64,000 nt of DNA, taken from Trichosphaerium sp. ATCC 40318. Taxonomy: Eukaryota; Protista; Tubulinea. Under the pieces are notes generated by a model. The model was not told the DNA's origin. It made no database searches and was given only the letters and a program-made list of their open reading frames with translations. A program made the translations under genes and the position numbers. This document shows positions 52,903-64,000 of this stretch, piece after piece. The first letter of the stretch is position 1. Every line of letters begins with the position of its first letter. The stretch covers positions 277,296-341,295 of the forward strand of contig JALMLS010000448.1 in assembly GCA_038496445.1 (NCBI GenBank), written 5' to 3'.

Positions 52903-55900
52903 TTACTCAGCGTTCAAAAAGAATAATGGAAACTCATCTATTGGCGTTGGACTATAAAATGTTAGCACTAAGCTCAAAAATGGATAAAACTAGAGAATGT
53001 TTTTTAGCTTACATTGTTTGCTTTCCAGGTTCAAATGCCTTTTGAGTGTAGTGATGCACCTAGCAATATTAAAGGTAATTTAAATTATTACGCATACCCA
53101 TGTATATCCTTTAGGTAGTGAAGGTAAGCATACCTCTCTTGACTTGGCTTGATACTCCAACACTATGGTTATCAGGCAAACATCTTTTTTATCGGTTTCT
53201 TTGTACCTGGAGCGACTAGCCAATCTGGACCGAACATATATTGATCATCAGCTGATGCGCAAGGATCATTTTGAAAATCCCAGAACATTGGTCGAAGTAC
53301 AGGTATACCTGTCTCGGAGGCAATCTTCATCTAATAGCAAAAAAATTTGGTTACAAAAAACTGCTTGATTAAGTGTTTAAGTATATACGCACGTGTTTCA
53401 TGACGTAATCTCTCAATTGCTCTCGAAGCAGTATAACTTTTGAAATAACAGCATACGCAGTATCGCCAAATTGCCAAACCTAAGAGAGTTTAAGGAATTC
53501 CAACAAAGTTGAAAGATTACCTCATTAGGACCTCCAGAACCACCGCATGTACTACTGTTAGGGTCAAAAGGACTCCGGTGGCCATGTAGTCTGAACTAAC
53601 ACGTCACGTTTAGTAAATACAAGCATACTTAAACCAAGTTACCAATGGGCAGAAAGCACCAAACTGGAACCTAAGCAAAAGTGTAAAAATCAGAATTCTC
53701 TAGAAGTTATTTAAACTTACCATCTTACAATCAATTCTTGAAACTTTGGGTCCTTGATGTTACCTCCCTTGTATCTTTTGTGAAAAGCTATTTAGGAACA
53801 GAAAAATACTAACCTCGTAGCCGCCAATATCGGTGGTCCACCAGTACAAGCCTGCAATTAAAACGTTACCAAACATGTCAAAAAATCCAGCAAAAAATGT
53901 ACCTGACATTGCTACGTTTTGAGCTACCCTTACTTGGATTGCTAATTCAGCGAAAGTTGAAGAGATATCCCCACTCCACACGGCAGCGCCATAACGTTGA
54001 CTACCTGGATATCAAATCAGCAACATCACAGAAGATTCATTAGAATAGCTTTTTTTCTACAAAGACAGATTGTTTTGTACCAGCCCATGCGCTTCTGCTC
54101 AGTAACACAACGTCTTCCTCTCCTTCACCTTTTAATCCATCATAGAACTAAGAAATTAACGGCAAAAGCTATCAAGATACTAAGGTATGACAAAGTAAAT
54201 ACCGTTTGTTGATGCATTAGAGGATAAGCCATTCCTAACAAAATAAGAAAATATTACTTGTTATTTTTAAATGTACCAACTTGTTCGTCTTGCCCAGCGG
54301 CATAGTACCATTTACCACTAAAGATAGAAGTCAGTTATTATTAGACTTGCTAATGAAATTATTGATAACTACAAGTGTGGCACCTTGTATCAGGTAGAAA
54401 ACGTTGTGGTTCGTCAGCATCTAACCAGTACATCTTAACACCATTATCATAATACCCTTTCTTAACTTGATCCCAAACAAACTATAAAAAAAAAGGCTGT
54501 TAGAATCCTTGTTGCTCATCCAAAGCGCTGAGATATGCACATCTACGTACTCTAAAAAACGATATATTAATAGGTAACAAAGAAACAGCTTAACAAATGA
54601 ATCTTACTTTCTGGCATCAGGATTGAAAGGATCGTAAACATAAGAGCTAAAAGGGAATGGTATACCACTTGAGTTCATTACAAGGTATCTAATATAATTA
54701 TATTAATTTTGTGTCACAAACAGTAGCAATGAGCTACTTCAGAAACGTACTTATTGTCAAACATTGTTTAAAGTTATGGCTTTTTTCATCAATAATCGGC
54801 CACACTGACACCTTTTCATTTATTAGACGTCTGTTTGACACACGTGATTTTTTTTTTTTTGACCCTTACCATAATTTCTGTTCCGTGGCCGTTTAGGTTT
54901 TGAACCATTTTTGATGGAGTCTCCCAGCAAGCAGGGTTAAACGACCAGTCTCCAAAGTTAACCCTAGATTTTCTTAGTTGTTTTCATAAATAGCTTTGAC
55001 TTACCAGTTGAAGTAGTCTACAACAATAACGCTTAATGGTAGGTTCCTTTATATTGTGTTAACATTTTAGGATCATACAAAATCAAATACCTTGTATAGT
55101 ATCCATCAGCTATACTGAGTAACTCAGTTTCGTTCCTGTATCTGTTCTTACATTGCCAAAATCCTACCTTAAGTTTAGCTATGTAATAATGCCGCATGTG
55201 ATCACCTGAAGCATGAAAAGGCAAGATTGGCGGATGACCTGTTGCGTCTACGTAATTGTGCATTATTTCGGAGTAATCTAGGTTGCTTGAAGACGTTGTT
55301 GTAACCCAAAAATCTCAAAATAAAATGTTAATAGTCCACTTTATTGAGCAGCTTCTCACCTATTTGAGTGGCACCATTAGATACCCATGTAGTTCCATTA
55401 GCTAGTATTGATATTGATCCAAAAGAAGGTAAGTTCCTAAGGCAGAAAATCAGACAATACAGAAGAGTCTGTCAGATTGTAAACAATTCTTATTGCGTGC
55501 CACAAAAATCCATATCCTGCCGAAGACTGATAAAAAGGAATACTAATATCAGCTCCTCTTGAATAAGAGTATATTTGGCTTCTCTGAAATATATGTGTAT
55601 AAGGTTTATTTTGAAGTTTGCCTGTTCTATGCTCGCCCAAACCATAGATGTTCTTTCAGAAAATCAACAAAAGTTAGGTAAAAAAAAAAAGCAAACGACG
55701 CACTTCATCTTGAGGTTCAAAAGATATAGACGCCTTTGATGTCCCTTCAACTGTATCTGCGCTACCGAAGGAGTGACTCATTTCTCGTAACAAAACCTGG
55801 TTCCGGTTGTCAGCACTTTTTGTCACGTGACAAAGATCGTTTAAGTTGTTGTGCCTTTTTATCAGATACGCGTGTTACAACGAGTTTGCCATTTTCGACA

Positions 55901-56275
55901 GTTGCTGCAATATTTCCGTTTGAAGTGTAAAACGGCTTGTGATTGATTTCCGCGCTGTAAACCAATTAGAAGAGATTCTACTTGGCTTGAAGGTGACGTA
56001 CTTTGTACTTTTTGGTGGGTTTGGGAGTAATGCCTTTATTGAACTTAAAGTGGTTTAGGATTGTCTAGCGTACCTGCACAGCCAAATTTTTAGGTTCTCC
56101 GCTTACGGTTATCCGAATACGAAGTGAATCCGTCCCCCAAGGGTCTATTTGAGTGACGCTTGGCTCACCAAATACCCCCTAAAAAGGGTGAGATAGTTTG
56201 ACACGATTTTATGTGTACCAGGGAGTTCGCGCTATATAACACTGTAATAAGTGTTAACAATATCTTTAGATCCAT
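52903..56275 (-). CDS. Secreted glycoside hydrolase family 31 (alpha-xylosidase/alpha-glucosidase-like)
   Basis: IYGLGEH, GYGFLWNLP, GFWQCKNRYR, VIVVDYFNW, YWLDADEP, VWSGDI, WWTTDIGGY, RWFQFGAFCP..RLHG, PNEVWQFG. Confidence 0.92.
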
Positions 56276-56971
56276 TTGAATACTAAAGCAGTTGGTTGTG
56301 TAACCGACAATCTTGAGAAAAACGTTTCGGATGAGAACTTGTTTGAATTATCATTTTCCACTTTACACTAAATTATTTTGGCTTCTGTATTGGGCAATCA
56401 CGCATCAAACCATAGATCATAAATGAGCGTTATTGGAGATCATACTTGTACAGTGCTGAAGCGTTTTGGAAACGATAAAAACGATGTTCACAACGGGATT
56501 TAAATCACGTGGCTTGACCATCGAATACGCATAGGCGTTGTCAGCAACTCACTGAGTAGCGAAATAACAAAAGGTGATGTACTACAACGGTCTAGTCCAA
56601 GAAAGAGCAAGAGTCCCTGTTTGATGTCGACTTTCATTTAAAACAGGTCATATTTTTAGACAAGAGCTTAAAATTTTGAGTTTTCTAGGCGCTTATGATC
56701 ACGTAAACCCTTTTGTTGTATAAAGAAATGGTACGTAATTGGCTGTTTTATAGGACTTTGCCGACCAAATCGTCCAAGGAAAACTCATAATTTTATGATT
56801 TTGTTAGTCGATTTTCTTCCACTGTTGTTTTCTGAGATCTCGCCAGTAGTTTTCCTTAGCAAAACTATGCATACTGAGATGTTTTACAAGCGCTGACTCA
56901 TTTTAGTCACAGATAGTCCTGCATGCAGTTTTTTTACGTCACTTTCAAACAATACGCTATTAAACGACGAA

Positions 56972-58233
56972 ATGATGATAACAAGAAGCAAACGGCGGCG
57001 CAGAGCACCTGTTACGCCTGTACTAGTGTAAATAACCTATTTTCCTTCTTTTTCTGTAATTCTTCACGCAAATACCGATTTATTAACTTCTGACGCGTTT
57101 GTTATAGGAATACGCACTCAATATTCGATTTACCGTCGGAAATAATAAAAGAAATTCTAAATTTCTGCCCTTCGACTTTACCAACAGCGCATTCATGTCA
57201 ATACCTTTATAAACTCATTGTAGAGCATATAGGGTATAGAAGAATCTATATAAAGACAGAAGAAGACTTTAACGTCCTTTCAAAAAGTCCTCTACTGAAG
57301 AACACGTTTGTTTACTGCCATTTCGAAGAGGCAAGGAATAGGCATATAAAAAAACTATCAGGTATCCAAAGACTATGTCTTAGGAAATGTAAGAAAGTAA
57401 CAAATATGGGTATAAGATCGTTATCTGGTATACAATTTCTTAATATAAGACAAACAACAAAGATAACTCATAAAGGACTTCGTGCACTTAAAGGAATACA
57501 AACACTTTTAGTTTATGGATCAAAGAGTCTAACAGATGAAGGTCTTAAGGCTATTTCAGGTGTACAAAAGATAGATATCGGTCAGTGTGAGAAAATAACG
57601 GATGAAGGTATACGTCATTTATCAGGTGTTCATACAATAGATCTTTACGGTACATCTGTTTCTGAGAAAGGACTTAGAGGTATTTCAGGTGTTCATACAA
57701 TAAATCTATCTTATTGTAAGTCAGTTACAAATGAAGGTGTCAGAGCTCTTGCTGGTGTTTATAAGATAAATCTCACTGGCTGTACTAGAGTATCAGATGA
57801 AGGCATTAAGGCATTAAAAGGTGTACATACACTTAACATTAGCGGACTTGATATCACTGATAAAGCGATATCATCACTTGGAGGTGTTTATGATATTGAG
57901 CTCTCCAATTGTGAAAACGTCACTGATGTAGGTATTAAGGCGCTTAAGGGTGTTCATACTATACATATTCGTCATTGTGATAAGATTACTGATGAAGGTA
58001 TTAAAGCTATTGCTGGCGCACATACGATTGATATGACTTTTTGTTCTGCTATTACAGATGAAGGTGTTAAGTCACTTGCTGGTGCTCATACTATTTGGAT
58101 GGATAGGTGTTTTCATGTTACTGATGAAGGTATTTCTGCTCTTAAAGGTATTAAAAAGATAAGTGTTCTTGGGTTGACAAAAGTAACAAAGGAAGGTTTG
58201 TCTGTGTTGCAAGGTGCAACAATTTACAGTTGA
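56972..58233 (+). CDS. F-box + cysteine-containing leucine-rich-repeat protein (2 exons)
   Basis: MMITRSKRRRR..V|NTHSIFDLPSEIIKEILNFC (F-box), then about 13 repeats of ~22 aa (L.GVHTI.L..C..ITDEGI.AL). Confidence 0.88.
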
Positions 58234-58605
58234 AGACACTACTATACAACTTCGTGACATTGCAGTGGATAGTCGCTCACAGGTTTTTTGCTTTCTAAGA
58301 GATTTTGTCTGCAAAATGACGTTTTGTAACGCAGCAATTGTTTTAGTTAGTATAAAGTAAATTTATTGTAAAGCACGTGTTTACTACTTTAAAAAAAACA
58401 CGTGACAAAATTCCCGTTTAGTTTCGTGAGCAACAGGCCGAGAGTACATAGAAACAAGGGCCGTGATGGATTCCTAAAGATGCCTTATGGTCTATCATCT
58501 CGATTTATGTTACCTTAGCTCCGAGTGAGGTATTAAGCGAGACGTTTAAGCTATCATGTATTGGAATAGTCAAACGACTTCTTCAACCCTGAAGCAAACC
58601 AAGCG

Positions 58606-59177
58606 ATGTCTGTTGAAAATACCACAAGCCAGACTGAGTCAGCATCAAAAGGCGCAAAAAGCGTACAAATAACTGATCCCAAAGAGTTAAAGCAATACGA
58701 AGCCACTATTGAGTTGCTAGTAGGTGTTGGATACTATAAAGCAAGCGACACTACTTTAACACCTTTTGATCGAGTTATTGGAGGCCTTTGCTTTTGTATT
58801 ACAAATAGTAGAGTAAACAGTGATGTTATACTTACTTTTAAAGAGCGTGCCGGCATATCACAAAAAATGTACCTACCATCTTCCTTGAAAACTTGATGAT
58901 AATTCTTTCTCTTGATGCAGTTTTGCTGGCAATTATATTCTCGACTTTACTGATATGCTCTGGACCGCCTTTTGGCGTAAGCTAGACGTCCTTATAGCAC
59001 ATGTCAAGTCTTAGAGTTTTGATAATACTTACTTTATTGTGTAGGCAATTATGTGATAATGTGATAGGGGCTTTGAAAAAAATGCACTATCCAAGTCGTA
59101 TAGATGCACATGAACTTATGTACCTTAATTATGTCAATATCCTACCGATACTAAAATGGCTTGAGAAACACATGTAA
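58606..59177 (+). CDS. CCDC93-like N-terminal (NN-CH) domain only, ~130 aa, 2 exons
   Basis: IELLVGVGYYKA....LTPFDRVIGGLCFCIT, ISQKM|QLCDNVIGALKKMHYP..IDAHEL..LNY..ILPILKWL; stop codon followed by AATAAA. Confidence 0.7.
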
Positions 59178-59806
59178 TTGACCTAATAAAGTCTACTCCC
59201 GGGACAGTTTCTTGTAACAGTAGACTGTTAGACAAACAGAAATGGTTGTTACAGCGACAAGTGAGAAACAAAATAAATGTTGACAACATCAGCTTGTTTC
59301 AATTTAATTGTATGAACACCATGAAGACAAGACAGGTCACTCAGATACAGTATTGTGAGAAACGATAATTTTAGTGTTTTTAAGCAAAGACTGTTTCAGC
59401 ATCTTGCAATCAGAAGACATTTAGTTCTTTGCAACGAAAGTTTAACAAAGCAAATATTGTACCGAATAGTATTGCCAAAAAATCGAGAGACTGTTGTACC
59501 TCTTATACGCTCTGTTTTGCATAAGTACCGTAAACTTGTGTTAACGTCTCTGCAGGCAGGCGGTGAATTGTTACTTGATTCATCATTATACAAGGTACTG
59601 TAACCCCTTTAAAATATTAGTTGTGCATGTAACTGAACAGTGGACTTAAAAACAATACTAGGCCACCAAAACCTCAAGAAAGGGAAAAAACCACACACAT
59701 CTTCAATGAGTTTTCTTGGTATAAACTTTCTGCTTTTTTTCTGCTATTGACTGTTATTTCTGTGATAATACCTTAACTACGTTAGTCTTTTCACAGCTTT
59801 ATAGTG

Positions 59807-60457
59807 ATGTCTAATACTATGCAAGTGTTCTGCCAGCTTCCACAAGTAGTGCGAGAAGCACTACGTGCTTTTCGGACAGAAACAATCTGTATAGCACCAA
59901 ACAGCACTGTTTATGACCTCAAAAAGCTTCTGGAGGTTAAAACTGGCTTTCCAAGCACTTTCATTCGTATATCGGATAAAGGCTGCAGAAAACGTTATAC
60001 AGACACTGACGTAATAGACAAGACGTATAAAGAGCATACATTCAGATATTGGGTCCATCCAACGATATTGCCCGACCACGACATCTATTCCGATCCACTC
60101 ATGACCAGCATCCCACCACGCAAGTGTGAAGGGAGACAACTACTCTATTATGCAGTTTGTTACCTCCAAGAAAAACACGTGGAGAGATTGCTGGAAACAG
60201 GCAAATACGACGTCAACAGTTATGATAGCTCTTTTAAGTTTACATTCTTAAATCAACTATGTAGTGGCAACAGCGGTGCAAATATGTTTTACAGTGGCGA
60301 AAATAGAGCCAAGTTTAATGCCATTGTACTCCTTCTCCTTGCTCATGGAGCTAGAAATGATATACCTGATACTTTCGGTAGAACACCATTACAAAATGCT
60401 GAAAAAAATAACATGACGCCAATTGTGAAGCTACTGAAGGCTCACTTTAACTTGTAA
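59807..60457 (+). CDS. Intronless ubiquitin-like domain + ankyrin-repeat protein
   Basis: MQVFC....TICIAPNSTVYDLKKLLEVKTGFPSTFIRI (Ubl); LLYYAV...VERLLETG.YDVN and IVLLLLAHGA..DIPDTFGRTPLQNA...IVKLL (ankyrin). Confidence 0.85.
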   Translation: MSNTMQVFCQLPQVVREALRAFRTETICIAPNSTVYDLKKLLEVKTGFPSTFIRISDKGCRKRYTDTDVIDKTYKEHTFRYWVHPTILPDHDIYSDPLMTSIPPRKCEGRQLLYYAVCYLQEKHVERLLETGKYDVNSYDSSFKFTFLNQLCSGNSGANMFYSGENRAKFNAIVLLLLAHGARNDIPDTFGRTPLQNAEKNNMTPIVKLLKAHFNL

Positions 60458-61196
60458 ATGTTAATACAATCCATTATTGAGCTATCACGTGTCTATACTT
60501 TATTGGTGTTGGTCATACCTGATATGCGGAAAATAGGAAACAGAACATAGTACATCCAAACACATTAGTCACGTTTTTTAAGGCATAATATCTGAACATG
60601 CTTCGATGGAAGCAACAGAGACTGTACATGCTTCTTGCCCATACTCAAATATATCCACTTTTGGCATGAAGCTGTCACAACAGTCTGTATCAAGGTTCTC
60701 ATAAACAAAACTCAATATCTCAAACTGTTGGTTGAAACAAAGTATCCTCCCTAGATTAACTCGGAAAAAAAGAGGAAAGCTCTATTTCCTTTAGTGCACG
60801 GTCTTGCGATAAGCTAGGCTGAACCTGATACCACGTTAACTTATGTGTTCTAACCAGGAGCATAAAATACGGTCACATATTGCCCTTGACAAACCACACG
60901 CAGGTGAGTCTTTTGTTCCGATCACGTTTAGAAAGCGATAGTGTTGGCTTTGTAGGCTCGGTGTTGCTAATCCCTCCGGCTCTAAGTTGTTTATTGTTTC
61001 CAAGTTCCATTCTTTAATCAGGTAAATTATATATGCAGGTTGTTGCATTTGTTAGTATATGGAACCAACTCTGATTGTCACGTGTGTAGACAGGTATTAA
61101 GAGAACGAAAGAATGCGTACGCCGCAAACTAGCCTCAAAAGCCTATTTAAGCGATAACTTAACCGTACCTTAGCGCTACTTGTTTCTAACCTCTAA

Positions 61197-62532
61197 ATGT
61201 CACTTGTTAACGTCAGCGTAACAGATAAGGTCTGCTTGATATCAATTAACCGTCAAAATGTACGAAATTGCGTAAATGGGCCAACTGCCGTTAAATTAGG
61301 TATGACTACGCATGATACAATACGCTGTGAAGCGCTAAAAACTGATTAAACGTTTTTATTATTTGCAATGGTAATCTACGTATTCCCACTAACTTTGTAC
61401 TCAGCGGAAGCGCTTATAGCGTTTGACAAGAACCCAAAGCTATGTGTTGCTGTTTTATATGGCGAAGGAGGATGCTTTTGTGCAGGTGCAGATCTCAAGG
61501 CAGTTTCAGCAGGCTGGGTATTTGTTACATTCAGATTTTTTGTCAGTTTTTAACGACATTGTGTTCAGAAAGCCAAGGATGGCCTTCAACTTGTGCCAGT
61601 AAAAAGTATTCCTGAGAAAGGACCTGACTACGATACAACAGGTAAGCATGATAGACAAAGAAACCACTTGTTGCAAAAGTGACATTAAAACAAGGACCGA
61701 TGGGGTTTTCAAGGCTGCTCTTAAGCAAACCAGTTATAGCAGCTGTTGAAGGCTTCGCCGTCGCTGGTGGGCTTGAACTTGCTTGCTGGTGTGATATGCG
61801 TACAGCAGCAGAGGATGCTGTTTTCGGAGTGTTCTGCAGACGATGGGGTGTACCTCTTTTAGATGGAGGAACCGTAAGTACAACTAGGTTTTTATTTTAA
61901 CTTGAGTACTAGACCCGGCTACCAAGACTTATTGGGCTTTCACGTGCTATGGATATGATTCTTACAGGAAGGCCAGTAACTGCCCCAGAGGTACTAGTAT
62001 TCTTGAGATAAATTTTGGTTTACAAAACACGTAGGGATTGTCAATGGGTCTTGTCAATCGGGTTGTACCCAGAGGTAACAGAATGAACTTTTATGTTTTC
62101 TAACAATGACAAGGCACAGCTGTTCTTAATGCTGTAGCGATAGCAAAGCAGATTTCTTCATTCCCACAGGTATGTTTCACAAAGCTGCAGTGTAAGAAAA
62201 CTAATGTCTACCTCCAAGGCAACAATGCGTGCCGACAGAATGTCAGCAATTCGTCAGTATCAACACGGAAACATAAAAGACGTAAGTTGGTGATTTTATT
62301 GCAATTACGATCCTTTTGTCTTAACTAAATTCAACACAAGGCTTTACGGAGTGAGTACGAATTAGGGGCGCCTTGTGCAGCTGATGCTGTTCGCGGAGCA
62401 ACTATTTTTGCTGTAAAGAAAAAAGTTCACATTATTTTGGGTTTATCACGTGATATTATTAACATAGTGTTCTTAGGTAGACACGGAAGCTTTTCAGAGT
62501 TCACTGGTGTTAAAAAAAAGTCCAAACTATAA
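61197..62532 (+). CDS. Enoyl-CoA hydratase/isomerase (crotonase family), C-terminal SKL
   Basis: ISINRQNVRNCVNGPTA, FCAGADLK, GPMG.SR..LSKPVIAAVEGFAVAGGLELA.WCD, FGVFCRRWGVPLLDGGT, GRHG; the GRHG frame ends KKKSKL*. Confidence 0.92.
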
Positions 62533-62699
62533 ACAAAGCAAAGGGCCAATAAAACGAACAAAACAGTCCTTGCAGCACTTCAATAAGCTGGTTTTTTTTG
62601 TTGTTGTAACATTTCGCTGAAATTATTTTAGCGTAAACCTTATCGGCTGTTACGCCGAAGTATAACCATTTTACTGCGAATGGTGGTGTTTTTGGTGCG

Positions 62700-63500
62700 C
62701 AGCGAGCAAAACTTTGAAATTTCTACCTTTTTGTAAGGGTATTTCTTGTTGTGACCATGTGGAACGCTACAGAGCTATTAGAAATGTACTTAACGACCGA
62801 AGAGCCTCGTTTGTTTCATTTAGATGTCGGTTGGTCACTGTTCTGGTGTTTAGTGCTTGGGCTTATCTATTTTATGGACCAAAGGTACAAACAAAGCGGA
62901 AATACGCGCCAAAATGAAGTTTAATAATTTACTAGTACAGATATGATTTATCTATGGTTCTTTTACCTCCATACGCCAGACGATATCGGTAGAGGTGCTT
63001 CAATGGGTATTGGGCTTGGTATTTACATGGTAGTCCTCAAGTACGTCATTTACGCGTAAAAACCATCGCAAACGCGCTAAATAGCGTTAAATACTCGAAT
63101 CCAAAGGTTTTAGTTCACTAACATTATCGATAGACCAATTATATCGTCGTTTTACTGTGAGAGCACTACCTTGCTTATTTTACTTGGATTTGTAGCATTT
63201 TATGAAGTGGGAGTTGTATCTAGGTTCCTATCTATCAATATGTGTGATGTACGACTATTTAACAATCCTGTAACGTGGTCATTCTTGTTTTCTTTTTAAT
63301 TCACTTCTAGGATGTTCTACTTGGTTCACACTACCTGATTCTTGGGTTTCCTCTTGGATTCATTGTACTAGCTACACAGTCACTTGGTTATTATACACAT
63401 TCATGGTTTGCTTTGTCAATTAGCTCTTTTGGTCCCTCTTATTCCGATTTGTTGGATTCTTTTTCATACTCATATCTTCGTTCCTATTGTTCGTGTCATT
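62700..63500 (+). CDS. Multi-exon polytopic membrane protein; exon structure not fully resolved
   Basis: Hydrophobic exons flanked by GT/AG (e.g. GASMGIGLGIYMVVL, LLILLGFVAFYEVG, LILGFPLGFIVLA). I could not fix the first junctions. Confidence 0.4.
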
Positions 63501-63962
63501 AGTATAGTTTGTATCCCTGCATATGTGCTCATTGAAGAAGAGTTTTTTGGGCCTCATTGGACTGAGATAGATACTTAATTTAAGCAAAGAAGGGTGCGTC
63601 AGAAACAAACTAGTTTCTCTTAAAGAGCTTGAATTGGTTTTTAACTTGTTTCCTCTAGTACAAATACCAGACTTTAAAAACGTTATATCAAACAATGAGC
63701 ACTAAATGATGAAATGTATACGAATACGTTCGCGGCAAACGTTTTCCGCTGAAGCTCGTTATAGGAGAAAAACTGTATTTTAATCGAAAGATAACTTTGT
63801 GTTTTTAAGTGAAGTTAGATTCTAATGAGGGCACTACAAGCGCTAACAGTTTTATTTACCACAAATGCAATTCATTAGGCTAACCTTTGCGCGATCCTTT
63901 TTTTTGCACATTCGAATTTTCTCAATCTTGATAGTCTTTTATCTTCTTTCTTTGTTTGGGAT

Positions 63963-64000
63963 TCATTCCTTCAATTGACCATTTTCATCCCACTCTTTTG
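63963..64000 (-). other. 3' end of a second MORN-variant-repeat ORF entering from beyond the window
   Basis: Reverse strand reads KEWDENGQLKE*, which matches the repeat consensus at 27.2-28.0 kb. Confidence 0.45.

Noticed and set aside
58890-58955. Intronic C/D-box snoRNA (TGATGA...CTGA)
   Set aside because: No terminal stem, and no rRNA-complementary guide that I could recognise.
60560-61050. Possible small minus-strand gene
   Set aside because: Open segments exist, but I could not splice them or assign a family.

Overview
Gene-dense, AT-rich eukaryotic nuclear DNA with many short (mostly ~35-130 nt) spliceosomal introns. Donors are typically GTACG/GTAAG, a CTAAC branch point lies close to the 3' AG, and AAG acceptors are frequent. 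The host is probably a heterotrophic protist (severin, BPI/LBP and a CRIB-STE20 kinase fit an amoeba, but this is inference). The ORF track fragments most genes, so I rebuilt them by manual splicing. Core genes: severin/gelsolin, a CRIB-STE20 kinase, a dual-specificity phosphatase, NUP160, WDR70, RPS28, a YfcG-type GST, an EGF/beta-propeller hydrolase, lysine 6-aminotransferase, a sulfonucleotide reductase-ATP sulfurylase fusion, BPI/LBP, GH31, an F-box/LRR protein, a CCDC93 N-terminal fragment, a ubiquitin-like/ankyrin protein and enoyl-CoA hydratase. Most notable observations: (1) an in-frame Fe-S-free APS/PAPS reductase::ATP sulfurylase fusion with a mitochondrial-type presequence; (2) a bacterial-type lysine 6-aminotransferase ending in a peroxisomal signal (AKL), with two other enzymes ending in SKL; (3) two inverted paralogous copies of a surface-protein gene pair, with near-identical blocks alternating with divergent blocks and one copy frameshifted; (4) strong window-wide enrichment of CACGTG, often in introns; (5) foreign-looking relics, namely a decayed MORN-variant repeat gene next to an atypical tRNA-Ile(AAT), an A-tailed orphan ORF, a 39-bp palindrome and a 27-bp hairpin array. 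All homology calls come from recognised motifs, not from database searches.
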